Shown here piece after piece: positions 48,720-61,962 of a stretch of DNA of 64,000 nt. Under the pieces are notes generated by a model, which was not told the origin of the DNA, searched no databases, and worked only from the letters and a program-made list of their open reading frames with translations. The stretch comes from Fistulifera solaris (lineage: Eukaryota), in assembly GCA_030295235.1 (NCBI GenBank), contig AP026162.1, forward strand, positions 1,674,001 through 1,738,000. The letters run 5' to 3'. Positions within the stretch are counted from its first letter, which is position 1, and each line of letters begins with the position of its first letter. The translations under genes were made by a program, and so were the position numbers.

Positions 48720-50496
48720 ATGGCACCGTATTTGAAATTTTTAATGTTGGTGGCCGTGTCTCATGCCCACTATGGTCAAGCGCAACTTTGCGATTATGAC
48801 CAAGACAGAGCCAACCAAAGCTGGCGAAGTTCCTGCTCCCTGAGGGACTATTGCGATGGAATACAAGACAAGTACGGGTCTCAAGAGATCAGTTGTAGCG
48901 GAAACTTGTATTCCACCCATTTCGTGACGGAGGTCTTCAAGGACATGGTTTATGAAGATTATCCTACGGCCGTTTTTGATTGGACACACTATCACACCTA
49001 CGATGGCTATAAGTCTGTTACGAACAGCTACCGGTTTGATCTTACAAGTGGATCGAGACGGTTCTTGTATCTAGATGAAAAGTTCGACGATGATGGAGAT
49101 ATTCCTTCTTCGTGCGAAGTATCTACATCAGGAAATATCTGTCGCAAATGCAGTATTTGTGTGGGAGATGTGGGGATCAGTTATGCAGCGGATTGTTCCA
49201 ATGTCGCAGATGGACTTTATCTTGATTGTACAGAAACAGTTGGCAAGCTCCTGAATACCTTGAGATCTATCAAACCAAACTCAGACACAACAAAAAAAAC
49301 GTAATGGAGCCGGAATAGCCGCCGGAGTTCTTGGTGGGATATTTGTCTTCTGTGGCTTGCTTTATTGTTATCGGAAACCAAAAACACCAGAGCAACCTCC
49401 AGTGGCTGGTGTCGTCAAAACTTCAATCGGCTGGTGGGAAGGATGGCAAAGAGATGGCCATAAACAGCACACAATTCTCTACGTTCTCTTGATCTGCACC
49501 ACATTAACTTGGACCATTCTATCTTCCACTTTCTCCTGTAATGCAGAAGAAGATGACAATAGTGATTCATATTCTTATTCCCGTGAAGACAACAAAATCA
49601 GCTGCGATGTTGTTGTTGCGATATGTTTTCCGTGCTGGATTATATTTTACCTCATGTTCCTCTGTGAGTATTTCCAAAGTTCCTCACGTCGCTACCTACA
49701 AAACATCAACACGGCACAAACAACGTTTGAATATCTCGAAGCGCTCCACCTTGCTGCCCCGACCATTGCACTTCACATCGAGTGTTATCACAATCAAACA
49801 AGTACCTACACAACAACGGACTCAAGAGGCAATTCAACGATCCATACACAAACTTATCCTGTGGTGACGTATTCAGAAACTGAAGTTGTTCCTATTGTGG
49901 AATGGGGCAACGGATCCTCTCCTCCAACCTCGACTGAGATCCGAGAGTATCAACTTACTAAGGTCAAAGTCTCGAAGACATTTGATGCCGATGATGGATA
50001 TTTCCGCCAAAGAAATGCCTTTATCAATCGGAATCGCTATCGCGATGTTCATTATAGGTTTGATGTCATCTATGTGATCCCGGGATTTACGGATCGTGTC
50101 CTGTGTTACGTGGATCTAGCTCACAAACCGGTTATGCTGAACTCACTTTGTCTCATGATGTCCCACTTGTTCATCCTACCCTCTCTACCATATCGGATTT
50201 GGATGAGCGCTATTACTGGTAAGATTGAAGCAAATGTTCACAAATGGATCAGAACAGAAGAAAACACTAGCGTCCTCAGGACGGCTCTACAGGAAATCAG
50301 CTCAGAAGGGGTGGATGGTAATCTTCACAACGGCGACGATAACGACAACAGCAGCAGGGAGAATGACAATCCCCTACCTTCCGAGCCGGAGGCGGTTCTG
50401 AAGGAGGACAAGTTGGATAAAGAAGTAACGGATGAGACCAAAAGTTCGCTTTCTCAATCCTGTGAGGGTGGCACAGAAGACAATGGAACTGCCTAA
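48720..50496 (+). CDS. TMEM151-like membrane protein with N-terminal signal peptide and Cys-rich ectodomain (frameshift in A-run ~49295)
   Basis: APTIALHIECYH...VVTYSETE, YFRQRNAFINRNRYRD, IPGF and LPYRIW resemble TMEM151. The upstream ORF has a signal peptide and many Cys, followed by a TM segment once the frameshift is repaired. Confidence 0.65.
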
Positions 50497-51572
50497 GTTC
50501 AAGGGACGAAAGTCACGTTTTGGTATTCGTGTCTGACAGACGTAAGGGACGTTAAAGCCAAAGCAATCCGGATGCCATGTTTGTCATTGTGATGATGTTA
50601 ACAAAGAAACAATATCTCGGTGACGCCAGACGAAGATAACAGATTATTTTTTTTAAAAAATTAGTGTTTGTGTTGATTGCTCATTGCTATCAAGAGTATT
50701 GCTACAAATTTTGTTTGGATAGTATTGACTACTAATACCTGATACCATACACCACCCATCGCAGCCCCGTCGCCAAAGGGTGCCGACAGCAACAATGGAG
50801 ATGACATCGAATCACACACATCTCAACCAATATGGGTCCGTCTGTTGATTCAAAACGCCACAGTGATAAAACGCTTTTTTTATTTGCCGCTGCGTGTGGC
50901 AGTCGATCGGATGTGAAATCAAGTTTTCAAACAGCACGGTACCGACGACAACGCCAGAGGCAACATTCAAACACACACACATCTCGACCAATACAAGTCC
51001 TCCATTGGATTCGATAAGCCACAGTGACAGCACGCGTTATGCCTTCGTGCTCGATGCCAATCCGAAACAAACATATCCGGAGCCACGTTGTTGTTGTGAG
51101 GATAGAGCCATATATTTTATGAACTGTAGTCGATACATTTGCGGTAAAACGTCGGCAATATCTTCTTACTTCACTTCATTCGTCGGACCAAGAACTCCAG
51201 CAACATAGCATAGACTGTCAGTGACCATGCTCCTTCCGTCTCGTCGCAGCACCATATGGGAAACTATTTCTGTTTAGTAGTGTTTCCATAAAGATTATAT
51301 ACCTCTTTTCAAATCGATCGCAAATCGCGGATTTCCCTCGTCAGTTTTGAGCTACTTTACGTTTTGCGTTTTGATTTGGGTTTGCGGGAGGATTTTAGCA
51401 AAGAATGACACGACTGGATTAAGCAATCACGCATTCCGCATTTTTCTGCATTTTTTTATTTGACTCATCATGAATGTTTTATTGCTGGCGGAACACGACG
51501 CTATAAGGCTGGTGATGTTTAGTCTGTTGATTCGTTCCTTCATTTCTTCACAACAACGTTCACTATTTTGGA

Positions 51573-53674
51573 ATGACAATGATGGGAACGACCACAACAG
51601 CATCACAAGCATGGGCTATATTATCACGACATGCGCGTGAGGAAATCAGTTTGCTTCGTCTGCAAGAACTCTGTCGCGACAATGATCGCGTCTCTTCTTT
51701 GGTCTCTGTTTACAATACGACATTTACTTCCAACTGTCGTCTGGAGAAAAATGTGGATATTATAGAAAATAGAATGTTGATTGCCGATCTGTCGCGGCAG
51801 CGCATGACTTTGGATACAGTCAATCATTTGTTCCGATTGGCGGCTGCCACGAATTTACGAACTTTCATCACACGTCTTGCGTGGGGACAAAACAATCCAT
51901 CTCATCCCGTTCTGCCCGTCCGTGTTAAAGGAATACGTCCGGCACCCGACAAAGTTGACACTACGGCTACGATTCCATCGATGCATTTCGCCATGCGGGC
52001 ACCGGCCGGTAAATCCTACGAAATGCTCACAAAGATGGCGTCAACGCGTTGACGGGGATACACCTAGAATGGGAACGGATTGAACGATACTCCAATTCCA
52101 TTCGGAGAGGACATTTGCGGGGAATTTCGGGTCACATGATCCGTGATGTGGTCGTCGTAGGCCGGGGAGTGCCGATGGCCGCGTTGCAATTCATCTACTC
52201 GGCCTTGATTCGCGACGAACGAGCGTGTGTCTTTCGTCGAGTGGGACTCGCGGATAGCTCTAGCGCCGCGGAGCGGATACGGAGGAATTTGGCGGGTGTG
52301 ACGGCAGGGGGCGGTGCGAGGCAATTGCACTTTTGACGCGCGTGGATCCATTGACAGCGGCGGCCGTCGTGGCGGATCTCGATCCTGCTTCCACATTAGT
52401 CATTAGTATTGCTTTGAATGGGAACGAAGAGACGGGATTGGCTACCAAAATTCTCAAAACTTGGTTGCTGAACGCTTTAGCAAAGAGTGGAAGACCCGAT
52501 CATATTTTGGCGAAGCACATGATGTTGGTGACTGGCAATGACGACATTGCCAATGTGATCAATAAGCCCGAAAGCGTACACATTATTCCACAACATTCAC
52601 GATGTGAAGCTTTTTCATCGACCTCTGCTGCATGTTTACTGGTAAGTTTTCATTCCTTCACCGTCAATTGAGCATACGGCAGCATCTCAAAGGCAAAATT
52701 GCATCGTGCTCGTGAAGCCACTCGCTGTCGTATTCGGGTGGTCTGTTGTCGCTGACTTTTTAGCCGGAGCTCATGATATGGATAGACACTTTGTTGATAC
52801 AAATATGAGACACAATTTACCAGTTTTGTTGGCCCTCGCAGACATATGGAATGAGTGTCTGTTGGGCTTACCTACAAGGATATGCACGCCTTTTTCTCCA
52901 GGAATGGTTGGCTATCCTGCTTTTGCAGCGTCTTTGGAAGCGCAAACATGTAGCAAGGAACACACGGGTCCGAATCAGTACGTCCCAACCGGCGAGCTCG
53001 CATTCGTCGCGCAACCCAAGGACAAACATCACTTAGGTTGCTCTGCCTTGGTATTGGATGGTGGCGTACACGGTGCCTATGATAGGGCTTTGCATCAATC
53101 GTCAACTATATTGAACAATGAACTTTTGGTTGTGATGGACAATCAACTGGAATTCAATGTGTCGCGTTCGATCGGCGCCACAGCTATGGATGATATGAAA
53201 GCAGCCGAGGACGCAACGATGTGTTCTATTTTTGCTCAAGCTGATGAAATGGCGTTTGGAACCGGAAGATCCGAATCAGAGTTTTTCAATCACTCCCCTG
53301 TATCGTCACCACACGGCATAGCCGAGTTGAATGGTCAAAGTGTGGATAAAGCAAAAGGCAATAGACCCAGTTTGCTACTTATTACAGGAAAGCTTGATGC
53401 GTTCGCTTGTGGCCAAATGGTGGCCCTCGCGGAGCATCGAGCTGTAGTGAAAGCACATATTTGTGGTTTAGACCCCTTTGTGCGTGACGTTGGTTCGTCG
53501 TTGCGAATGAGTCGTTCGGAAATGTTGAAAGATGAGCTGGCTAATGTTCGTGCCAGAAGCGCTTCCGGAATCACCGCAGAGGAAGAAACCAACGGTGGAA
53601 ATAGTAACGCCTTGATCCTTTCCACGCGTACCATCTTAGAGCATTATGCCAGTTTGAGTCTTTCGACTCGATGA
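51573..53674 (+). CDS. Glucose-6-phosphate isomerase-like protein with degenerate active-site motifs (intron ~52642-52717; frameshifts ~52030, ~52335)
   Basis: PGI-fold landmarks ADLSRQR, SMHFAMR, IRDVVVVG, LDPASTLV, FLAGAHDMDRHF, NLPVLLAL, KGNRPS, GQMVALAEH. Confidence 0.8.
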
Positions 53675-54642
53675 TAAATTAAGACGACGCGCGAGAAGTA
53701 ATCGAATAGACAGAACCATGCATCACTAGAAATCAAAGGAACTTTTTCGACGACGTAACGCATGGCTTGATTTAACAATCGATATTGAGTCGAGCTCTGT
53801 TCCTCGGCACTTTGTCGGTAGCTGGAGAAGTTGGCGTGAATTTCCAGGAACAAAGCGCAACACACTAAGTGGAGCAGAAACTAGAGCAAAAAGCAACAAC
53901 TAACAAACAAGCAAACTTGAGTTTGCCTGTCATGTCCAACAATTACACAAGACAAGTAAATATCAAGGAACACGACCACGGAACCGCTGGAGCAAAAGGA
54001 ATCGGGCAACATGAGATGAAAAAGCCTCTCCCCCATCCCCATCACCCGCCACGCGCATCCGTCAGTTGTACTAAGTTATTAATTCTAGTTTATTTGGTTT
54101 TGAGATAAGCAATTATTAGCATGTAGGCGTTGTGGTAATTTTTCATTGTGCTGGGACATGTGGGGGACCCTTGCTAGAGTGCCCGTTAGCACTATCCTAT
54201 TTCTAGGATAGCTCATAATTTGGGAAAACCGGTGACATTAATTGTGAGATCGACATCAATATTGACTACCGCAAAGTCTAGGCAACCGAAGCGTCCCCTC
54301 GGAACCTTGAAATAGCCATCCAGGAGCAGGCGAGGATAACCCTGCGACGTGTCTTAAAGGAAAGGTAAATTGGTTGTAAAGCGCAAACATTGAGGAATGA
54401 CACACCGAACGAACAAGCTCGCTACGGCTATCAAATTCTGTTTGAAACAAGTTGCGCGCCCGAGGAAACACCTCTCGATATGCGATCACAATAATGGTCA
54501 CATCAACCGCCGAACCGATCCTTGGGGCGGATAACACAGCTGCGGCCGCATCTCCCGGCTCCCGGTCCCCTCCTCAAAACATTGTCTTATTCAATCATCT
54601 TTTCTTTCGATTAAGTATTACGATTTTCTTGATTTAATGTGG

Positions 54643-55164
54643 AGCCAGGTCATTTCCTATAACAAATAAATAGATGTAAGCTGCAGAGCTACGCGATGGA
54701 GTAAAACGAAACCTTTCGTCCGATTTTGCCTTACAATCCCCCTTGCAAAAATTACGGATTTTACTTAATAGCGAAGACATTTCTCAGATGGATTATATTT
54801 AGCTGGCGAAAACCATTAATGAACTATAGTCGATTGTGTAGACGGAAAACCATAAAGTGACGCCGGTCTCCCTCTAAGTCATTAAGGTTATTCAACTTTT
54901 AAAACAGGTAACCTTAATTAATTGAGCAAAAACAGATCCCTTTATGGTTTTCCGCCTACACAATTGACGATAGTTTTTATATGGTTTTTGAAAGCTAAAT
55001 GTAATCCATCTGAGGAATGTCTTCTTCACTAAGTGAAATCCGTAACTTTTGCAAGGGGATTGCAAGGCAAAATCGGACGAAAGGCTTTATTTTGGTTCAT
55101 CGCGCAACTCCTCTGCATTCTGCAGCCTATATCTTCTGATTCAATGGAAGAAAAAGCCCTGGCT
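54643..55164. mobile_element. Second copy of the foldback/MITE-like palindrome
   Basis: AGCCAGG...CCTGGCT ends, ~200-bp imperfect arms and the same central TTAAGGTTA..TAACCTTAA. Confidence 0.7.
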
Positions 55165-55298
55165 TAACGCTTGCTTTTTTAACAAACTCTTAGAGATCTT
55201 GATCTCGCGCATCTATCGCAGCAATCACTTTTCCGCAGAAAATCGAGACTGCGCTAAGCATTCGCTTCATAAATCAGGCGCACACGCATGAACCGAAT

Positions 55299-55577
55299 AT
55301 GACGGGTTCTTCCAAGAACGCTGTATTCTACGGACAAGTCGTGCTGGATCCTGGGGCGGGAAAAACGACGTATTGCAACGGTATGCAACAATATTTGTGT
55401 CTGCTGCAACGCAATGCGTGGGCGATGAATATGGCTCCGGCGAACGATCCAGGCGATTTGTATGAAACAGTACTTTGTATTTGATGTACACGACATGGTA
55501 TATTTATCGGTTGTAATGGACGAAAGGGAAGTAGAACCGAACGGTGGATTGATGTTTTGCATGGAATATATGGAGCA
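55299..55577 (+). pseudogene. GPN2-like GTPase 5' fragment, second copy
   Basis: YGQVVLDPGAGKTTYCNGMQQYL...NMAPAND, then EPNGGLMFCMEY in another frame. Confidence 0.8.
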
Positions 55578-56083
55578 AGGATACACTGACCGCCACAAGA
55601 AAGTCCTTGACCGAATACAATCTACCGCCATGGTTGGATCGCGCTATGCAGGAGAGAAATTTCGTGCGTGAATTTAAAGTCGACTCGATGAAAACCGTCT
55701 AGCCCATTTGCAACCGAATGTTGACACATGTAAAGTAGATTCAATAAATTATAGCTTTCAAGAAATTTCTGCACATATGATTCCTTTACAAACCAGATAT
55801 AGTCATGCTAGAGAGATTGTTGTGTGTGCTTCGTACTTGGTATGTACGGCATTAAAACGATCCAAAAAAATTCTTCAGATTCAGTTTCTTCTCATCATTT
55901 TCGACTTCTCGTAGCAAACTATCCTTTCTTGCCCGTGCCGCACGAGCAACCTCTTCTCTTTGCTGAATCTCTTTGTTGGTCAAAGCTTGTTTCTGTTAAT
56001 CTCCGGGAGTTTCAAAGACCAGGCTCACGGTCGACCCAGCCCGCAGCGAATGGCGGCCAGCAGAATGTATCAATTAAGAATTT

Positions 56084-58269
56084 TTACAATCGAACTTCCT
56101 TACGTCCATGGTCGTCGCTTGTACCTTTCATCTGCCAAAACGGATCAAAAAAGCCCTCAACTCCTACCCGAAAATCCATCGATACTCTTGTAAAGGGAGT
56201 AGCATTTGAATTCACAAAATGTTTACATGATGAGCCATGGAAGGATATGATCTGGCCCGGTAGAGCAGCAACGGGATGAAAATCTTCTGCCCCGGGTTGG
56301 GTCTCACAATATAAATCGACATTTGTAAAATTCCTGTCCGTGACAGGAAGCCAAAAATTAAGCTCACCATTCTGATGACCATACTGCGCATCATCGTGTG
56401 CCTTGACTTGCGTCCAAGCAGGCCCAGGTTGAAGTCGTAATGTAGGAGGCCGTTGGTAGTAAAAAGTGACGTCCTGCTTGTCTTCCACAACACCAGAGGA
56501 TACCAGGCGTCTCTTCAGATAGGGCAATACAACCTCCAGAAGCAGTTTATCGAAGAGATCCAGAAACTCATTATCTTCCGCAATAAAATCTGAGAGATAT
56601 TTTTGGGCACTTTCACACTGTCCTCCATTGACCTCGCGCCATGTCGATGGTACAGCTACAACGAAATCTTCTAAACGACGTTCTACAATTTCCGTCGAAC
56701 GAAATTCTCCTACAGTGTTTGAGTCGCATCTTGAAAGCAAGCGAATCAGCGCTCCCTTGAAATCATACTTTTCCATGTCGTAATCAAGCACATCTTCTTT
56801 TCGGACGTCATCCGGAAGCCAGGTGGTACCAGTTTCCTTCCCGTCGCTGTTTTTAGGATTCGGATCGTGTGTTCGCTTGAATGGCGCAAACTTCACGCGG
56901 TGCGCGGATGATCGAAGCGTGGGTATACCGGATTTGTAAACGAACGCCGATAATCCCTCTTCGTCTTGTGGCTTGTTTTTCGCGTACGGGTCTACATCTA
57001 CGGATGGTGCTTCTATTCTTAACACCGCCTTGAAATTGTTGGGCACACAATAAATGACGCCGTTGTTGGCCACCACTCCTCCTTCCCACTTAGCTAGACC
57101 TTGCACAGGACACGGCAATGGCCACGTCGTTACATTTTCGGACCTGCAATCAATCTGAAGAACACTTTCGGCTCCCAGCGGGATCGCGAACACCATGCGC
57201 TTATGCTTGAGTGTCAATCCATTTTGCCACTTGTTTTGACAGATGCGCTCCATCTGTTCATCAAAAATATTAGGGCCGATATTCCGAACAGTCCGCGTTG
57301 CCGTGTCGACTTGAAGTACATATTCGCTCCCGCTGGGGAAGCAGTAGACTTTGCCATCCGTGCCCGTCATGGCACCCAGATACTTGTACTTTCCATCCGT
57401 TCGATGGCGACCGGTTTGAATCGCATCATTCGATACTTCCGTTAATATCGGCTCCGGATCGGCTGGTTCAACAAAGAGAACTGAGTCAGCATTCGCTGGA
57501 ACTGATACGATAGTCCCATCCGGTGCGGCCGACGCTCCGTGCCATTTGTGACCTCCATTGCCATAATCTCCGTGCAATGTTATTTTATCAGGTGCCATGA
57601 TCCGTAAAACATGAGGAGAATTGTGAGGTATACCATAAATGGCTCCATCTTGTTTCCCAACCACCCCGCCGTACCATTTATAGCGCCCCGGCAGCGGTGG
57701 ACCGATCAAAGTCGTAGCATCCGTCTTGGGATCGATTTTCAGAACGTGCAACGCTGATTGAGGAATACAGTAAATACACCCATCCAGGGGAGATATAGTT
57801 CCGCCATGATATTTCCATTCTTGTTGACGCTGAGCGGCCGCTAGTTCTACATCATCGGCATAGAACTGTTCGTACGGAATATCAAGTTTTCGCACTTGTC
57901 CTGTTGGTACGTGTATCTTCAAAACCCCATCCGCATGACACGGCAAACCGTAAATAACTTCGCCGCACCGAATTCCTCGTAACCATTTGAATTTTCCCGG
58001 CATCTTCGGACCCATCAGTGTCACTCGATCCGTCTTGGTATCAATGACCAAGACTTGCGGCGCATGTCCCGGAATACAATAAATCTTTTCATCACAACCA
58101 ACTTCCGCGCCAAGATACAATGACTGCCCCGACAATTCTTTTCACACCACAAATACGTGAGACGCGGTCCTCCTTGCGCACGATAATCGACATTGTCCTT
58201 TGAAATTGTTTGCGGTGTTTGGGGTTGAGGATACGTCCATCCCTCGGGTTGCGCGACACCCAGAGTCAT
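56084..58269 (-). CDS. Beta-propeller repeat protein fused to a C-terminal Fe(II)/2OG dioxygenase-like domain (frameshift ~58140)
   Basis: About seven KW/YxGG...DGxIYxIP repeats. C-terminal RPPTLRLQP, AHDDAQYGH (HxD), ELNFWLP, CKHFVNSN (distal His), TRVSMDFR. Confidence 0.78.
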
Positions 58270-59323
58270 GGAAACAGCCAGCGCCGCGGAAAAGATCGGC
58301 GACGCGACCAGCAGTAAGATGAAGCGAAAAAGTGACAGCGTAAAAGCTTCGTTGTAATTAGTATTGACCTTGAATATCGTTGAATATGTTGGAAATGAAG
58401 ATGGCTGGAAGATCGTCCGTCGTCGGAGACACGAAGGACGAAACGTGCACACGGGTGACGGACGGAATTCAGAAAGAATTCCGCATCGGCCATCAACATC
58501 AAAAAAGGATGACCCGCTTCGACCACGAAATCGACAAAGCGTAAGAGCAACGCAACGATGGACTTCAGTAAAGCAATTAGCAGCCACAAGAATACGAACA
58601 CGTCAGCCTCGCCCACGTCCTGGTGCGAGCAGGAGCTCAACGAGGGCGGGCTGAAGCGCTTCATTCTTTTGGCAGCGAATCTAAAGTAAAAACGAAAGTT
58701 ATCTTTACTCGGTTTTTGAACGGTATCTATTGTTGTCCTGATTGGACGCGATTACCGTTGCGGAAATCGGGGTTTCAACAGAATATTGTTTTGCTCTTTC
58801 ACGCGTTTTCTCGGTTTTCTTTTTTGTTGCGTGCGGTGATGGTGGTTGGATATTTCATCAAAACGTACGGAGGACGGACAACTTTGCTAGATCCGAGTAC
58901 CTCTACGACCTGAATGACCCCTTAAAGCAACAATGTAACTCATACTATCGACAAAGACACTCGTGTTTTGAGTAGTCGAGAAGGCCGATGCGACAACAAA
59001 GAAAACAATCGTGAAACGACGCAGCTACATCTGCTTTCCATGTAGTTAGACTAGTTACTTTACCTGATCGCTTTCTTCCGACGCATCGTAAATCGTAACT
59101 CTATTTTTCCGTTAGAGAGACAACACACACGGCGACTTAGCAGTTCCACCAATAGTTTCAATATTTTGTGTTGAATTAACGCCTGTCGATTTAGGAGATT
59201 ATTCTTTACTAACGTTAGTCAGAAGTACCCCAACAGTCTGACGCATGATTCTTGATCAAGCGAGACGGCGAACATCGGCGCCTTCTTGTCAAGAATAAGA
59301 CGTTGCTATCGATTCTTTAAAGC

Positions 59324-60065
59324 TCACAGCCGATTTTCTTCCGTGTACAACGGATGGGTCTTGTAGTCAACACCCTCCGCTTCCCAGCCTTCGGCACGTA
59401 ATGCATTCGCAATAAAGTTAAGACGCTTTCCATTGACTCCAAAATCCAAATAGCCAATACGACTGCTGGATCGCACTTGTACCGAGCGTTCGGGAGTGCC
59501 CGGAATGACGGCGAATTCAACATCGTCAATGTATCCATTCTTCAAAGCTTCGTATTGAACATATATGTAGCCTTTCTTTGCATCGACCGTCCTGATTTCA
59601 AATCCACCTCCATCGACCCCGTTCTGACCCGGCGTGTACTTCTTCAAGACTTGTTCGAGTTGCAGAAAGGCTGCCTCTTGATCCTTGTCTTTCGGCCAAA
59701 TGAAAGCAGGTACTGAGTGATCCGGATCGTCGGGAATAGTGGAAGAGAAGCAGTTTGGCGCCGGTCCGCATCCTTTCAATCCAACATACTCTTCTTGATC
59801 GAGACTTTGTCGAATGGCCACGCCGAGATCTTTTCGGTTGGGGGCCTCTTCGTTTCGGCCGATCATCGTACTTGTTGGAGATTTTGTTTTCAAATGCGTT
59901 GGCGGGCTGCGCAGTCGATACAAGTCCTCCCGAGATCCACAGCAGCGCCTGTCGCCGCGGCAAAGTTGATTTTGGGTCGGGTATCGGATCGGAAGGCGGC
60001 ATCGACCAACTGACGCACTGAACGACGAGCAAGAACAGCAAAGAAATCTGTAAAGCAGCCTTCAT
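59324..60065 (-). CDS. DUF1499 family protein, putative plastid/thylakoid-lumen targeted (frameshift ~59830)
   Basis: Signal peptide, twin-Arg RRQALL, AxA site [42 protein letters not shown]. Confidence 0.85.
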
Positions 60066-60568
60066 AATGGTAAAGATCTCTTTTCCTCTAGTTAATGATT
60101 ACAGATGACTTGAAGAGCTCTTATTATCCTCTCATTTCATCGCATTAATCAGCAGTTGTTTTGTTTCGTCATCAAAGAAGAATGCGTGGCGACGAAGCAG
60201 CAGGATCGAAGATCGAAGCAGGATTGTGTTTGGGAGTAAAAAAAAATCCATACCTGGTACCTCTAGCTAGCGAAACGTACATATACGTATATTAGGTATA
60301 TTAGTATATAATGTCGTATATATACAAAGTACACATACCCCGTAGTATAGTACGGTACCGAATTATACGAGCAACGAGCAACTAAGTTACCTGCGAAACA
60401 AACACCAGCACTTTGACTTTAAAATAAGTAGGTCCAATATCTATTAGTTGTTACACGCTTATTGAATTTGTTCCGTGTGCATGATGAAGAAAGGAGGCCA
60501 GCGGGGATATTACACATTGCTGAAAACCCCGGTATTGTCGATTGAAAATATCTAATCAGTTACAATAT

Positions 60569-61962
60569 CTACACCTTAGCGATCTTTGCCAAAAGAAGCC
60601 GCTATCGCTCAGTATTCGCGATGATTCCATATTGTTGTTGCTGGACAACTTGGGTACGAAGCGCACGGTCCCTGGTATGCTACCTTCTTTCAAAATTTCG
60701 TTCCATCCCTGTTCCTCACAACCATTCACTCCGGACCAATCAAAGGAAAGTTCGATAACCGATGCTTGGGAAGGATACGTATCAAGAAGCCATTTCACCA
60801 CTCCTTCATTCTGATCCTCAGAAAGTGAACACGTTGAATACACCAAATGCCCCCTTTCTTCAACAACCGAAAACCGTTCGACAATAGAGACCGCTGCAAG
60901 TCAACAAGTCTACGGAGTTCTTCTTCATCTGTCAACACAGGAATAGAAAGTGACTCGGATGTCTCTGGTTTTGTCGTACCGACAAAAACACCGGCTTGCT
61001 TTGCCAGTTGTCTCCGAACGTGCTTGAGCGAACCGTCGGTGCTACATTCAACGTCGACAAGGACACGGTCAAAAAGCTTAACTGGAACATGACTCAGCGA
61101 ACTCTCTCCGGCTTGACTCGCTTGACGATCCACGTCGACTAGTTCCTTAAGTCGCTTTCGTTCTCGTCCTTTCGCACTCCTGTTTCGACGCTTTCGTCCT
61201 TCATCATGAAGGCGTTGTTCCATGCACACAGACGAATCAAATATCAAGTTGGTTGGTTCGGACCCAAACATAGTGCCATCATTGTTGTATAGTCGAATCC
61301 GTATGCTCTTTCCTTCTTTGCTGCCAATATAGGGAACGACTTGATGCTTCTCGATAATTTTCCGGCATGTCGACAAACGAGATTCTGAACAGTCAACACC
61401 AATCACCGTAGCTTCCTCGGAATTATCCGAAAGAACATTTTTCCGTAAGTAGTCTGAAATGGCACATAGTTTTAAACCAGGGGCACAGCACAAGTCAAGG
61501 ATCCTCAAAGGTACCTGGGGTGAATCGTTGCCCTTAATACGATCGCAGTGCGTAGACAATAATGCGGCAACGGCTGCTCCGGAGCTGACCTCCTGTCCAT
61601 ATATTCTCCCTTCTTTGTAACAAGATGATTGTGACAGTCGAAAATCCCCCGGTAGTGAATAGAAACCAAAACTCTTGTGCAACCACGAAATCGGATGGGG
61701 ATATTTGGAGTCTGGTGGCAGTTCCGTCTATCGAGAAGGAAAGAGTGAATGTGAGAAGCTCTTGCAGCTTCATCGTATAGGTTATCAAATGACTCACCTG
61801 GAGAAGTTTGAGCGTCTCGTCACCATCAAAGGCAGGATTCAGTCGGATATGCCGGTCGGCAAGGACGAGTTTCTCCTTTAACAGATCGTTTACATCAATG
61901 CCAAATTGTGCATAGTAAGCTCTTAGCTTTGCCGCGTGATCCGCCGTTTGTGGCTCGGACAT
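60569..61962 (-). CDS. NOL1/NOP2/Sun family RNA m5C methyltransferase (intron ~61728-61797; frameshifts ~60848, ~60590)
   Basis: ILDLCCAPGLK, FDRVLVDVECSTDG, VYSTCSLSEDQNEGVV; GFFLAKI after frame repair. Confidence 0.88.

Larger units (their letters stand above)
54490..56059. repeat. Right copy of ~1.6-kb inverted duplication of 22876-24500
   Basis: Contains the foldback (54643-55164), a GPN2-like fragment (55299-55577, + strand) and the 3' end of the PDZ gene (~55850-56059, - strand). Confidence 0.9.

Noticed and set aside
50750..51230. Possible small gene or gene fragment
   Set aside because: Only short, conflicting ORFs with no identifiable family.
54150..54215. Possible Helitron 3' end on the minus strand (AGTGC-TAACGG-GCACT hairpin then CTAG)
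   Set aside because: The stem is only 5 bp, CTAG is not followed by T, no matching 5' TC end was found, and it is absent from the left duplicate.
58266..58975. Short overlapping ORFs upstream of the propeller gene
   Set aside because: No recognisable motifs. Cannot distinguish a 5' extension or small gene from chance ORFs.
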